Shown here: piece by piece, positions 17,201 to 33,089 of the stretch
How the letters are laid out: each line of letters starts with the position of its first letter
Position numbering within the stretch: position 1 is the first letter of the stretch
Assembly (NCBI RefSeq): GCF_009914755.1
Contig: NC_060929.1
Source of the DNA: the human T2T-CHM13v2.0 reference genome, Homo sapiens
Length of the DNA: 64,000 nucleotides
Reading direction: 5' to 3' (one strand)
Notes under the pieces: generated by a model
What the model was told of the DNA's origin: nothing
The model's input: only the letters and a program-made list of their open reading frames with translations
Database searches by the model: none
Position numbers and translations under genes: made by a program

Positions 17201-17410
17201 AGAGAAGGGAGGGAGGGAAGTGTGAGGGGAGGGGAAGAAGTGGGGTGGTCGGAGGGTGGGGTAGGGAGGAAGAGGGAGGGAGAGATGGGAGAGGCTCCAA
17301 GATAAAGAAAGGTGCAGGGAGAGGGGGTGGGAGGGAGGGAACCGCAGAGAGGAAGGGAGAAGAGAATCAGGCAGCCTTGAGGGAGGAGGCAGGGAGGCCA
17401 GGAGAAGGAA
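17095..17410 (+). repeat. GA-rich low-complexity purine tract (G4/triplex-prone) at the CMBL promoter
   Basis: Runs of GGGA/GGGG with very few pyrimidines over ~300 bp. Confidence 0.8.
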
Positions 17411-17685
17411 GCCAGCCAGCCTTCTGTGAGATTTACGTGCGTGCCTGGCTTCCAAGACAAGTAACTTCTGTTGTAAATACAAATTAAGCTATTTTTTGTT
17501 TATTTTATTTTATTTTATTTTATTTTATTTTATTTTAGAGATAGGGTCTTATTCTGTCACCCAGGCTGGAGTGCAGTGACACAATCATAGATCACTGGAG
17601 CCTCGAACTCCTGGCTTCAAGTGATCCTCCCCTTCAGCCTCCCAAAGTGCTGGGATTACAGGTGTGAGCCACCATGCCCAGCCAC

Positions 17686-17716
<31 letters not shown>

Positions 17717-18264
17717 ATGGAGTCTAACCCTGTTGCCGAGGCTGGAGTGCAGTGGCACGATCTCAACCTCAACCTCACTGCAACCTCCACCTCCCGGATT
17801 CAAGTGATTCTCCTGCCTCAGCTTCCCCAGTAGCTGGGATTATAGGCACGCGCCACCACGCCCAGCTAATTTTTGTGTTTTCAATAGAGACGGAGTTTTA
17901 CCGTGTTGGCCAGGCTGGTCTCGAACTCCTGACCTCAAGTGTTCCACCTGCTTCGGCCTCCCAAACTGCCGAGATTACAGGCGTGAGCCGCCGCACCCGG
18001 CCCCAGCCCCAAATTAAGCCTTTTTTTAAAAAAGAAATTAATACACGTTTCATACTTGCCTCCTTCGTATTTTCTCTGGTCATCTGCCCAAGGTTATGAC
18101 AACAGCTTCAACTTGGCTGCAGAAGCACACCCCTGTGGCTCACTCAAACTGGAAACATACAGGAAAAGGGAATTCTAGGAATATAGCTCAGCCTGGACAA
18201 ATGGGCACATTAAAAAGCCATTGCACCGTGGTGGCCGCACTTCCTGCCATCCCCACTGCAAAGG

Positions 18265-18918
18265 TGTTGTTATGGACTGAATGTTTGTGTCCCCTCCAAA
18301 ATTTGTACGTTGAAATCCTAACCACCCCGCCCATGGTGGTATTTGGAGGCGGGGCCTTTGGGAGATGCTTAGGTCATGAGGGTGGAGCCCCCAAGAATGG
18401 GATTTGTGCCGTTACAAAAAGAGGCAAGGGAGCTTGCTTCCTCATCTGTATGCCAGGAAGAGGATACTCACCAAGAACCCAATCCTGCTGGCCCATCCCA
18501 GACTTCCAACTTCCAGAACTATAAGAAATAAATGTTGTTTAAGCTACCCAAGTCTATCTATGATGTTTTTGTTGTTGTTGTTGCTGTTGCTGTTTTTGAG
18601 ACAGAGTCTCGCTGTGTCGCCCAGGCTGGAGTGCAGTGGTGCCATCTCGGCTCTCTGCAACCTCCGCCTCTCGGGTTCAAGCAATTCTCCTGCCTCAGCC
18701 TCCTGAGTAGCTGAGACTACAGACATGTACCACCATGCCCAGCTACTTTTTGTATTTTTAGTGGAGATGGGGTTTCACCATGTTGGTAAGGATGGTCTCA
18801 AACACCTGACTTCAGGTGATTCACTGGCCTCGGCCTCCCAAAGTGCTGGGATTACAGGCATGAGCCACCTCGCCCAGCCTGGTGTTTTTGTTATAGCAGC
18901 CCAAACGGACTAAAACAG
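18265..18918 (+). mobile_element. MLT1A-type solo LTR with Alu insertion
   Basis: TGTTATGGACTGAATGTTTGTGTCCCCTCCAAAATTTGTACGTTGAAATCCTAACC...TTTGTTATAGCAGCCCAAACGGACTAAAACA. Confidence 0.82.
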
Positions 18919-19559
18919 TGTTTTCCTTCTAGAGATACACTAATTTTCTTTCAGACAGGATCTTTCAAAACCCAGTCTGAAACATCTGCAGTTGAATTAT
19001 TTTATGGGCTTGGAATTTCTCTAAAATAGTGGTTAGGGATTTTTTAAACATCAGAATAATTTAAAAAGTTACCAAAGTGTTATTACCCAGAACAAATTCA
19101 GGGTCAGCGCCAAAGAAAAAAATTTATTTACTTTTTTTGAGACAGGGTCTCACTCTGTCACCCAGACTGGAGAGCAGTGGAATGATCACAGCTCACTGCA
19201 GCCTCTACTTCCCTGGGCTCAGGTGATCCTCCCACCTCAGCCTCCTAAGTAGCTGGGACTACAGGCATGTCACCCAATTAAGTTTTTGTTTGTTTGTTTG
19301 TTTTTGTTTTTGTAGAGACGGGCTTTCGCCCTGTTGCCCAGGCTGAAGAAAAATTCTTGTTTCCATCCTACAATGCGCAAATTGCTTGTGACACCTAAAA
19401 GGACAATTTTTCAACTTCACCAATTTTAGTGCCAAACTCCATGGAAAATTAATCACACAAGTGATTATTTAACCTAGGTTCTTAAAAAAATTAAGTTTCC
19501 TTCTTACAGAAACTCTCAGCAGAAATGAACTCTAAGATTTCATGGAGTTCCCTATAAAT

Positions 19560-19915
19560 TAAAGAGCTATGACTCAGCGTTTGCTGCTCGTTACCCCTCC
19601 AAAGTTATCTTTATTTTTCATTATAAAATAGGTAACTAAATTCCAGGGACAGAATGAGTCCAAGCTGAATTAACAAACAGGGCAAGGTCAAAGTTAAACA
19701 AAATTGCTGACTCTGCTCAAACTCCTGTGATTTACACTGACCTTGAAGGCAAGGCCAGGAAAAGTATTCCTTGGAATTGCTCCTCTAAAGACGCTTGGAA
19801 CAAAATCAGAAAAAGTGCTGCTGTGTTTCAGAACATCTCAAAATAATACCTGAGGGCAAACATATTCTATGTCATCTGTTACCATTTCCTGGCCGTGCTG
19901 CTGACTCAGCCTCCA
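19560..19915. promoter_or_regulatory. Candidate CMBL upstream enhancer (ARE/MARE plus nuclear-receptor motifs)
   Basis: TGACTCAGC 19570-19578; AGGTCAAAGTTAA 19685-19697; TGCTGACTCTGC 19705-19716; TGACCTTG 19738-19745; CAAGGCCA 19750-19757; TGCTGACTCAGC 19899-19910, in apparently unique DNA. Confidence 0.45.
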
Positions 19916-20399
19916 GCACTCCTTGGTGGAGCTGCAGGGAGCCCGCTGGGAAAGCGCTGAATCCTGTGCACAGGAAAGGCACTGCTGGTGAAGACAGGTG
20001 AGAGGCTGGGTAGGTGATTTCTAGAAGGTTCTTGAGCACCAGTCGGCCATCTTGTCATCCCCAGATAGAAAGCTTAAATTTGCTTTTTTTTTCACTTTTT
20101 ATTAATGAAAATGTACAAACATATAGAAAGGTAGAAAGAAGAATACAATTAATTCCCATATACCCCAGGCCTAAATATAATTATCTTTAGTATTTTGCTA
20201 AACTTGCTTCATCGATTTTTTTTTCAAAAGTGTAGAAATTATAGACAACTTGACATTTTACCCCTTAATAATTTTGTAGTAGTCAGCCTCCAAGATGACT
20301 CATAACGTGCCCTGCCTCTGAGAAATCACAACCCTATGTAGTCTCCTACACTTACCATGGTTGGTCTGTGTGACCAATAGTCTACCAACATAGTGATGG

Positions 20400-21060
<661 letters not shown>

Positions 21061-22120
21061 TGGTACGTCTCTTCCAACATTAGATTAGACTCTGGGACTT
21101 CCACCTCTCTCTTCTCTCTCTCTCTCTCTCTTTCTGTGTGTGTGTTTCTGTGTGTCTCTGTGTGTGTGTGTCTAGCTTTCTCTCTCAGATCACATGCTGT
21201 AGGGGAAGTCAGCTCCCAGCCATGTCTTGAGTAGCCTCTGGAGCAAAGAAATTGTGACCCACAGCCATGTTCCTGGGCCATCCTGGACAAGAATCCTTCA
21301 GCGTCAGCCAAGTGTCAGATGCCATAACCCCATGGTAACCTCCTGAGAGACCCTGAGCCAGAAACTCCAACTAAGCCACTCCCAGACTCCTGAACCTCAA
21401 ACTGTGCAAGATAATAATGTTTATTGTTGTGAGCTGCTAAGTTTTGGGCTAAATTGTGACACAGCGATTGTTAGTTCACACAGATGTTGATACCTTTGAT
21501 AACTGGAAGTGGGGTGCTGCTATGACAACACTTCATGTGTGATAGTGACTTTGGAACTGTGGCTTTGGATTATCGAGAGTGTTAGTGAAAGCCTTGATTT
21601 ACCCGAAAAAACCTGTTGATAAAAGATTCACGTCTTTTGTTTTTGTTTTGTTTTTTAGAGACAGGGCCTCACGCTGTTGCTCAGGCTGCGGTGGCATGGT
21701 CATAGCTCTTTGCAGCTTCAAACTCCTGAGCTCAAGGGATCCTCCTGAGTCAGCCTCCCAAAGTGCTGGATTACAGGCACATGCCACCACACTGGGCCTA
21801 AGACTCGGATCTTTAAAGATTGCAAGTGAGCACTTGTAGGAAAGTGAGGTCAATGAACTAGAACCTGGAGGAAGGGGGTCCTTGTTATGCAGTGGCAGAC
21901 AGTTTGGCAATGCTGTTGACTGCAGTTATGTAGACAGAAGCAAATTAGCTGGGTAATCTGGCCAAGGAGATCTTCAATTGGTGTTTAAAGTACTACCTAG
22001 TTTTTTCTAATTCCTTCTAGTAAGATGCTAGAAGATAGGTCAACAAAAGGAAAGACAGTTAAATATAAATGAATTAGAACTGGATAGTTCTGGAAATTCT
22101 CAGTCTGCCTAGATGGCAAA

Positions 22121-22895
22121 TGTATTAGGCCGTTCTTGCACTGCTATAGAGAAATACCCGGGCCAGGTGTGGTAGCTCACACCTGTAATCTCAGCACTTT
22201 GAGAGGATCACAAACAAAACAGGAGGATCACTTGAGCCCAGGAGTTTAAGATCAGCCTGGGCAAGGTAGTGAGACTCCGTCTCTACAAAAAAGTGAAAAA
22301 ATTAGCCGGGTGTGGTGGTGCATGCCTGTAGTCCCAGCTACTTGGAAGACTGAGGTGGGAGGATTGCTTGAGCAAAGGAGTTCAAGGCCACAGTGAGCCA
22401 AGATCACACCACTGCACTGCAGCAATAGTCAGGCTCTGTCGCTCAAGATGGAGTGCAGTGGCATAATCTTGGCTCACTGCAGCCTCAACCTCCCAGGCTC
22501 AAGTAATCCTCCCATTTTAGCCTCCCGAGGAGCTGGGAATACAGGTGCGACCACCACACTCAGCTATTTTTAAAATTTCCTTGTAGAGAGAGGGTTTCAC
22601 CATGTTGCCCAGGCTGGTCTCGAACTCCTGGGCTCAAGCTATCTGCCTGCCTTGACCTATCGAAGTGTTGGGACCACAGGACCTGGCCGTCAGACACTTA
22701 CACAAGCAGATCTCGTGGGAACTCAGAACAAGATCTCACTTATCAGCAAGAGGATGACTCAAGCCATCCATGAGCTTCAGTTTTGAATCACCCCCATGAT
22801 CCAAACTCTTCCCTCCTACCAGGCCCCACCTCAAACACTGAGGATTATATTTCAACATGAGATTTGGGTGGGGACAAATATCCAAACTATATTAG
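22121..22895 (-). mobile_element. MST-type LTR with internal deletion and an inverted Alu pair
   Basis: TGTATTAGGCCGTTCTTGCACTGCTATAGAGAAATACC...CAACATGAGATTTGGGTGGGGACAAATATCCAAACTATATTA. Confidence 0.8.
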
Positions 22896-23299
22896 CAAAT
22901 TATGAAACAATTAAGAAATGGCTTCTAAGCAAAGATCAAATGCAGGTCCTGCCAGAAAAACTGTGGTCCAAGATGAACCCTTAGGTGTGACTGTAAGATT
23001 CCAAAGAGATATAAGGTGGCATCTCAGAGTACCACTGAGTCAGACAAAGGGCCTGCTCTATAGAGTAAAGGTGCACCCCACAGCCTCTCTCAATCAAAGG
23101 AGAGTGCTTCTAGGAAGCTTAGGGGCTTTGTCCCTCAGCTGTCTGCAGAAGCCAAAGGTAGAGAACAGATTTGTGGGTGTTGCATTTGTCTATGGAGTGA
23201 ACCCCAATAAAATTCACAGAAAATCCATAGTTTAAGAGAATTGTATATACGGAAATGTTACCAGCTTGGACTGAAAGGAACAGAAATAATACAACCTAA

Positions 23300-23608
<309 letters not shown>

Positions 23609-24105
23609 TGACTGGCCAAAAAGAAGACCCTAAAAATTCTACTGTCAAGCAGTGGACTGAGGCTGCTCCTCAGCCACACACGACACCTTTTTTTTCTCCC
23701 TTTGTGAACAGGGGCGTCTGGAGTAGTTATTCTGTGTTCTCTTACATGTTCAATTGGGGAGGGAGAGGCAGAGGTAGACAGACAACCTATCAAGAAGAAT
23801 TATAATGTAGAAACTGTATTTAAGGAAATAAAGTCCCACCTGGACTTGATTTAGATGATCTGGAGATGGAACTGATGCTACAATAGGATAAGCCTTTGGG
23901 GAACTTTGGAAGGAGTTGATGGTATTTTGCATGTGGGAAGGATGTGAAGCTTTGGAGACCAGAAGGTGGACTGTGGCTGTCTGCTGGCTGGCCTGTACTG
24001 ATTCTCACCTTCTAGCAGTCACACCCTTCAGTAGTCCCCAACCCCGCTGTGCCTCATCGCACCATAGTTGGTCTGTGAGACCAATGACATGCAACAGAAG
24101 TAATG

Positions 24106-24507
24106 TGCTATGGTTTGAATGTTTGTCCCTGCCAAAGCTCACGTTGAAATTTAATCCTAAATGTGGCAGTGCTGAGAGGTGGGGCCTTTAGGAGGTGATT
24201 GGGTCATGAGGGCAAAATGGATCAATCCATTCATGGATTCATGAATTTATCTTGGGAGTGAAACTGGTGGCTTTATAAGAAGAGGAAGATCTACCTGAGC
24301 TAGCACGCTCAGTCTCCCTGCCGCCTGCTGCCCTGCACTCCTTGGGACTCTGCAGGCTCCGCCAGCAAGAAGGCCCTCGCCAGATGCAGCCCCTCAACTC
24401 TGGACTGCTTGGCCACCATAACTGTAAGAAACAAGTTCTTTTACTTTGCAAATTACTCAGTTTTAAGTGTTCTGTTATAAGCTACAGAAAAACGGATAAA
24501 ACATAAC
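24106..24507 (+). mobile_element. MSTB/MSTD-type LTR nested in the MLT1 3' LTR
   Basis: TGCTATGGTTTGAATGTTTGTCCCTGCCAAAGCTCACGTTGAAATTTAATCC...GTTCTGTTATAAGCTACAGAAAAACGGA. Confidence 0.78.
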
Positions 24508-25387
24508 AGGCTGTCACTTCTGATGTTAACTTATTTTTATAAGTGGCTTCATCTTGGCCTCTATTTTCCACTCTTGCTCCCTCTGTCAGATCACTTGCTC
24601 TGGGAGGTGCCAGCAGCCCTGTGAGGAGGCCCACGTGGTGAAGAACTGAGGCTGCTGGCCAGAGCCAGCCATGAGCGGAGGCTTCTTTCCAGGATCCATG
24701 TGGCTGGGTCATCTTGGACACAAATCCTCCAGCCCCAGTGAAGTTTCAGATGACTGCAGCTCTGGCCAACATCTTGATGGTCACTTCCTGAGAGACCCTG
24801 TGCCGGAACCATGGGCTAAGCCACCCCCAGATTCCTGACCCTCAAAAACTGTATGAAATACTACATATGCGTGTTTTACATCACTAAGTGTATTAAGCAT
24901 GTGTTTCTTTTTCTTTTCCTTTTTTTTTTTTTTTTTTTGAGATGAAGTCCCACTCTGTCACCCAGGCTGGAGTGCAATAGCACGATCTCGCCTCACTGCA
25001 ACCTCTGTCCCCTGGGTTTAGCAACTCTCCCACGTCAGCCTCCCAAGTAGCTGGGACTACAGGCACGCACCACCACACCCAGCTAATTTTTTTGTATTTT
25101 TAGTAAAAACGGGGTTTCACCATGTTGGCCAAGCTGGTTTTGAACTCTTGACCTCAAGTGATCTGCCCGCCTCGGCCTCCCAAAGTGCCGGGATTACAGG
25201 CCTGAGCCACCACGCCTGGCCCAAGCATGTGTTTCTGATTTTTTCACAGGTGGGGCCTTGCGGACCCTGGAAAGGCTGCCCTTCCTGGGGCTGGCCAGTT
25301 CCTACTGGAGAGAGTGCCTGCCTTTCAAATGCCAACCAACCAATCCAGAGCCCCTACTGCACCACCTCCTTCACTGAGCTCTCACAC

Positions 25388-25716
25388 TGTTGCAGGACTT
25401 CTCCTTAGTTCAGCTAAAGATGGAGTCCTTATCACACAGGCACGAAAATTGAGGCTTGCAGACAATTGAAGAGTGAGAAAAACGGGGTTTATTGGGCAAA
25501 AAGAAAAAAATGGGAAAGAGAGACTTTTAGCAAAGCAAGAGAGTGTGCTTCCTGCCTGTGGGCTTCCCGCCTCGCAGATTGAATTCCAGGTTCCACACAG
25601 GAAGAGGAGGGGCCAAGCTCCTCCCCTCCGCAAACTGCGTGAACTACTATGGCTCCGCTCCAGTACGCAGGTAGGTCCGAGGCTCTGCCAGGGAGCCCTT
25701 CCCACCTGGCTGCCTC
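25388..25716 (-). mobile_element. MER61 ERV1 solo LTR inserted into a MER74-like LTR (~25240-25965)
   Basis: Minus strand TGAGGCAGCCAGGTGGGAAGGGCTCCC...CCTCCTCTTCCTGTGTGGAACCTGGAATTCAATCTGCGAGGCGGGAAGC...AGTCCTGCAACA. The flanks CCAATCCAGAGCCC and GGGCCAGGTACCAGACAACTAG resemble MER74. Confidence 0.75.
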
Positions 25717-25924
25717 ATCAGGGCTCTCAGGGCCACTATCCACCTGCACTAATGACTCTAGGGCCAGGTACCAGACAACTAGAGTTGGCCCTTATGCCCC
25801 GGAGCCTGCCGAAAGTATTCAGACTCACCAATCCTACTCCTGCTTATCCTGCCTTGCCCATTCCTATTCAAAAACCACAGTCAAGCCTCTTGTTCACATT
25901 TGCCCTGCTCCTTCTGCTTCTTGA

Positions 25925-26311
<387 letters not shown>

Positions 26312-26372
26312 TAGTCTTTTTTAACCTAAATAACCCCTTTGGTGATTTTAATTTTAAAATATGTCCACAATG

Positions 26373-26804
26373 CTTTTTCCCTTCCTTCCTTCCTTCCTTC
26401 TTTCCTTCCTTCCTTCCTTCCTTCCTTCCTTCCTTCCTTCCTTTCTTTCTTTCTTTCCTTCCTTCCTTCCTTCCTTCCTTCTTTCTTCTCTTTCCTTCTT
26501 TCTTTTTTCTTTCTTTCTTCTCTCTTTCCTTCTTTCTTTCTTTTCATTTCTTTCTTTCTCTCTCTTTCCCTTCCTCCCTTCCTCTCTCTCTTTCTCTCAC
26601 TCTCTCCTCTCTCTTTTTCCCTTCCTCCCTTCCTCCCTTTCTCTCTCTCTCTCCCTCTCTCCCTCTCCCCCCTCTCTCCCTCTCCCCCCTCTCTCCCTCT
26701 CCCCCCTCTCTCCCTCTCCCCCCCTCTCTCCCTCTCCCCCTCTCTCTCCCTCTCTCTCCCTCTCTCTCCTTCTCTCTCCCTCTTTCTCTCTCTCTCTCTC
26801 TTTC
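26373..26804 (+). repeat. ~430-bp pure polypyrimidine compound microsatellite (CCTT)n-(CTTT)n-(CT)n
   Basis: Almost exclusively C/T; it is the expanded tail of the minus-strand Alu at 26805-27095. Confidence 0.95.
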
Positions 26805-28357
26805 GTGACAGGGTCTCACTCTATCGCCCAGGCCGGAGTTCAGTGGCATGTGCCATGATCTCAGCTTATGGCAACCTGTTCCTCCCGGGTTCAAATAATT
26901 CTCCTGCCTCAGCCTCCTGAGTAGCTGGGATTACAGGCATGCACCACCACACCTGGCTACCTGGCTAATTTTTATAATTTTAGTAGAGAGGGGTTTCACA
27001 GTGTTGGCCAGGCTGGTGTGAAACTCCTGGCCTCAAGTGATCCGCCTCAGCTTCCCAAAGTGCTGGGATTACAGGTGTGAGCCACCGCACCAGGCCCCAC
27101 AAATGCTTTGACTCTCTGCATTCAAAAGACACAGCTTCCCCTTGAGTGTGGGCTGTACTTAGTGAGTCACTTCTAATAACTAGAATCTGGCAAAAGTAAA
27201 AGCCTGTGCCTTCCGGGACTAGGTCATAAAAAGCATGTGGCTTTCCCCTTGATTTCTCTTGGGCCACCTTGTGAGCTGTTGTTTACTGGTGTTTTAAGTG
27301 TTGGAGTAACTTATTACTCAGCAATAGATAACTGAGACAGTGTCCATTTAACTCACTCCTTTACCATATTTCCTGTGAACCAGAAATTAAATGTAGAGGC
27401 TAGATTAGTTTCAGGTTAAACATTTTTGACAAGAATATTTATAGACTGTCTTAAGAACTGTCACAATAAATCAGGAGGTACATGCTAGATACTCTACTAT
27501 TCGTGGTGTTAAGTTTGATCACTTGGTTCCATTACTAAATATCTCATACCATGTGGTAGAGTAGATTATTGCCCAGAAATCCTCCCTGGCCCATCCAGTT
27601 CTCATAAGAGGGGTGTTTTTCCGATCTCACTGCTACTTGGCTCAGCCATGGGACTTGCTTTGGCCAATAGGATATTAGTATACATGATGCAAGTTGACGC
27701 TTGAAGCATGCTAGTGTGCTTGGGCCTGCCTTCCTGTGTCTGCCATTACCACGAGAAGGGCTTCTCCCAGACAGCTGTCCTCCCCTGAACCTGAGCCCCA
27801 GCCAGAGTCATCCCTTGAAGCAGCACTGTCCAGCCAAGCCCAGTCTACATCAGCTGGCCTCCAGATCTGTGAAAATAAATAATGTTGTTTTCAGGCACTT
27901 CATTTTGGGTTGGTGTTTTTAGGCAGCACGCACAGCCAAACGAGATTGCTGCTACATTCACCAGCCTGCTTTTCTCAGAGAATCAGCCTGCTGGTCCATA
28001 GGTGTGGGCATGCAGCTGCCATGTTTAGACAGCAAGATCCTGCCCCCGAGACCATGGTGGATCAGACTAGGGTGGGCACCTGATGTAAGTTAGACCTTTG
28101 ATTTAGGGTGACAGTAAACTAGCTAGTGTGCGGGAATAGTAACAGATAAATGCAGGAGCCGTGGGTTGGCCATATTCTGCTAGGGAAGCAGGTCTAATAT
28201 GAGAAGAAACAATGAAGAAGATGAAAATTAGGGAGGGTCCTGCCAATGTTTTAGGTTCCGGCTCCCATCCCTTTCAGAGGCCCAGATCCACCCTGACCTT
28301 CAGTTCTAGCAAACTCCATCCTTAAAATTGTCCCTTTTACATTTCAGATAATGTCAC

Positions 28358-29118
28358 TTGTCAACTGAGGAATGACAAGGTTCATAAACCTAGAAAGAAG
28401 AGCTTTCTTCTCATAAAGGGCTGCAGCCTGCAGGGCAGCCATTGTGACAGGCTGAGAAGCAGAGCCTCCAGCCAGAAGCCAGAAACAGACCCTTCCAGGG
28501 GCAGAAGAACAAGACAGGAATTTATGCTGAATGAGGTACCAAATACACACATTTGATAAGCTATGGGAGGAACATTGAATATTGATGAGAAGAGACATAG
28601 GCACATGTGCAGTCGAGCTCCATGCCTCTCCCTGGGACCTGTGTTCAAAAAATGGCAGGGTTAGCACGATCCGAGGGTGGAGTTTTCAGGCCTCTGACAT
28701 CAAAAGATGAGTCAGAGGACATGAAAATCCTCACTGTGCATCCTTCGGAGATCTGCCAGAACGACTTCGTGGCCAGCAGTCTCTTATCTAACTACTCCGC
28801 AGCTAGTAGTCCTCTTAAGCAAGGATGCCGGTCAGTTATTTTGTCCAGACCACATGAGGGCAGGGCAGCATTAGGTGGCTGGTTGATACCAGGAGTGAAG
28901 CCTCTTTCCCAAGGGTTGGTTTCTGTTTAGACCCCTAGGAAGGAAAGCCTCATGGTCGTTATCCAGGGCATCGGGGTATAATGAGGCGTGTCCAACCTTC
29001 CATACCATCATGGTCAGGAACTCAGTTTTCAAGGTTTCTCTGGGGTCCCCTTGGCCAGGAGGGAGTCTGGAGACCGTCAGTTGCTTAGGAGGCTTAGAAT
29101 TTCACTTTTATTTCTCAT
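28358..29118 (-). mobile_element. MER50-like ERV1 solo LTR
   Basis: TGTCAACTGAGGAATGACAAGGTTCATAAA...GGCTTAGAATTTCACTTTTATTTCTCA; reverse-complement homolog of 12900-13926. Confidence 0.72.
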
Positions 29119-29311
29119 ACTGGATTTCTAGCAACTTTTAAAAAATTTTTTGAGACAGGTTCTCACTGTGTTACCCAGGCTGGAGTGCAGTGGCTCGGTC
29201 TCCAGTGACGCAAGCTCCCTGCAACCTCTTGCCTCCCAGGTTCAAGCGATTCTTATGCCTCAGCCTCTCCAGTAGCTGGGATTACAGGCATGTGTCACTA
29301 TACCTGACTAA

Positions 29312-29458
<147 letters not shown>

Positions 29459-29516
29459 TAAGATTCGTAATACACATGCCTGAACCAACTTCATACAGGT
29501 ATGCCCCTGACCAGAC

Positions 29517-30733
<1,217 letters not shown>

Positions 30734-31352
30734 TCACTAGAGATTGGGAGTTCGAGACCAGCCTGGCCAACATAGTGAAACCCCGTCTCTACAAAAAATA
30801 CAAAGATTAGCTAGGCATCGTGGCATATGCCTATCATCCCAGCTACTCAGGAGTTTGAGGCATGAGAATGGCTTGAACCTGGGAGGCAGGTTGCAGTGAG
30901 CCAAGATGTTGCCACTGCACTGCAGCCTGGGTGACAGAGTGAGACTCCGTCTCAAAAAAAAGAAAAAAAAATTGGTGCGTTATATCGATTCCAAACATAT
31001 AGCATTTTAAATATCCACAAAAGTTGTGTGTGGTCTGAAAAATAAGAAAAAGCAAGATTCAAACAAGTTTTAAATTCGTTCATATTGAAAGGAACAAGGA
31101 TTTACATATTTATGGATCCCTATTAAAGTCAAAGGTGTTTGAATTAAGCAAAGTGTATAACTGAAGTGTAGCAACATAGGCCACGCTAACACTTCTTCAG
31201 GTTATGGGGGTGGGTCATTGACAAAGCAACTGTAGAAAGGGCTCTGCATGACGAATGGCAGTGGGAAGAGTCATTCGAGATCCCTGCAGCATTGGGACTC
31301 CCGTTTGCCTACAGTCCCCGACCTTAGTGGCCTTAATTAACCAGCATGGTAA

Positions 31353-31592
<240 letters not shown>

Positions 31593-33089
31593 TGATCCAC
31601 CCACCATGGCCTCCCAAAATGCTGGGATTACCAGTATCATGAAATGCAGGTGAGCCACCGCACCCAGCCATCTCTCTTTTTACTACTCAGCAACCTTGGC
31701 ACACGCCACCATGCCTGAAGAATTGTTTTAAGTCATTTTTTGCAGAGATGGGTGGGGTCTAGCTATGTTTCCCAGGCTGGTTTCCAAGTCTTGGCCTCCA
31801 GTGATCCTTCCACCTCAGCCTCCCAAAGTGCTGGGATTACAGGCATGAACCACCATAACCAGACAGGTATGTATCTTTTGGTTGGAGAAGATTTATAATT
31901 AAGTACTGAAAACTTGTGAGACTCAAAACCATACCATAGTATTAATATGAAATTTGTTTAAATAGGGATATGTGCATTTTTGGTATTTTATGTTCTTAAT
32001 ATAGTTAAGGGAATTTGGCCTGTTAGAAAGGTCAGACATGTAACATAAAGTTAAAAGGTATGAGTAAATAGTTAATTTAGACTTGTGATTTAAGGATGAA
32101 GTCTCATTTTATTTACCATATTGAAATGCTCAGGAGAGAATTTGTTTTTCTTCCTTTGCAAATTCAATGTATTAGATTTCCTATAATTATTTAGTATTCG
32201 GGAATTTTTGTTGTTGTTAATTCAGACAGCAAAAGTACTCTAAAAGGAAATCAGTTACATTAAATTTATAAATGTTGTTGAAAAGGTTTGAAGATGGTTA
32301 ATTAACTAAGTTAGGCTGGGCGCAGTGGCTCACACTTATCATCCTAGCAAGTTGGGAGGCTAAGGCGGGCAGATCGCTTGAGTTCAGGAGTTGGAGACCA
32401 GTCTGGGCAACATGGTGAAACCCCATCTCTACAGAAAATAAAAAAATTAGCCAGACATGGTGGTGAGTGCCTGTAGTCCCAGCTACTTAGGGGGCTGAGG
32501 TGAAAGGATCACTCGAGCCCAGGAGGTTGAGGCTGCAGTGAGCCAAGATCACACCACTGACTCCAGCCTGGGTGACAAAGTGAGACCTTGTCTCAAAAAA
32601 AAAAAAATCTTTTCTTTTTTAATTAACTAAGTTAGTAAATAAGACCAAGTAATATCCAAAGACCTCTTAAAACAGATTCCTGAGTATCCTAGATGTATAA
32701 GAAAAATGAGATCTATAACCTAAACTTTAATGACTAATGAAAGAATACACATTTAGGATTTGTACATTTAATATGTTGAAAATCAAAACATAAAGCCAAA
32801 ATGAACATCTGCATAGTTCCTCTGTACCTACAAGCTACCCTCAAGGATACCAAAAACCTCGTTTTAACAAATCCATGCCATCCCTTGTCCATTTCTGGCT
32901 GCCAATGTATTGAATGCTTTTTAAGGTCCAACTACAATGCACCAAGTTAAAATGTTTTTTTAATTCCTACCTTTCTGTAATTCAGATCACATGTTACACT
33001 GCCCTGCTCTAAACCACCATTTTACTTGATTTAAAACTATTATGTGAACTCTAAGTGCTTTGCTTGAGTTGTCATGGTTTGTGAAATGT

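Noticed and set aside
16801-17487. Overlapping 137-228 aa ORFs on both strands
   Set aside because: GC/GA-rich promoter lacking stops. CMBL exon 1 is non-coding and its ATG is at 63.
25388-25716. MER61 as a p53-site carrier
   Set aside because: Some MER61 subfamilies carry p53 sites, but I see no paired RRRCWWGYYY in this copy.
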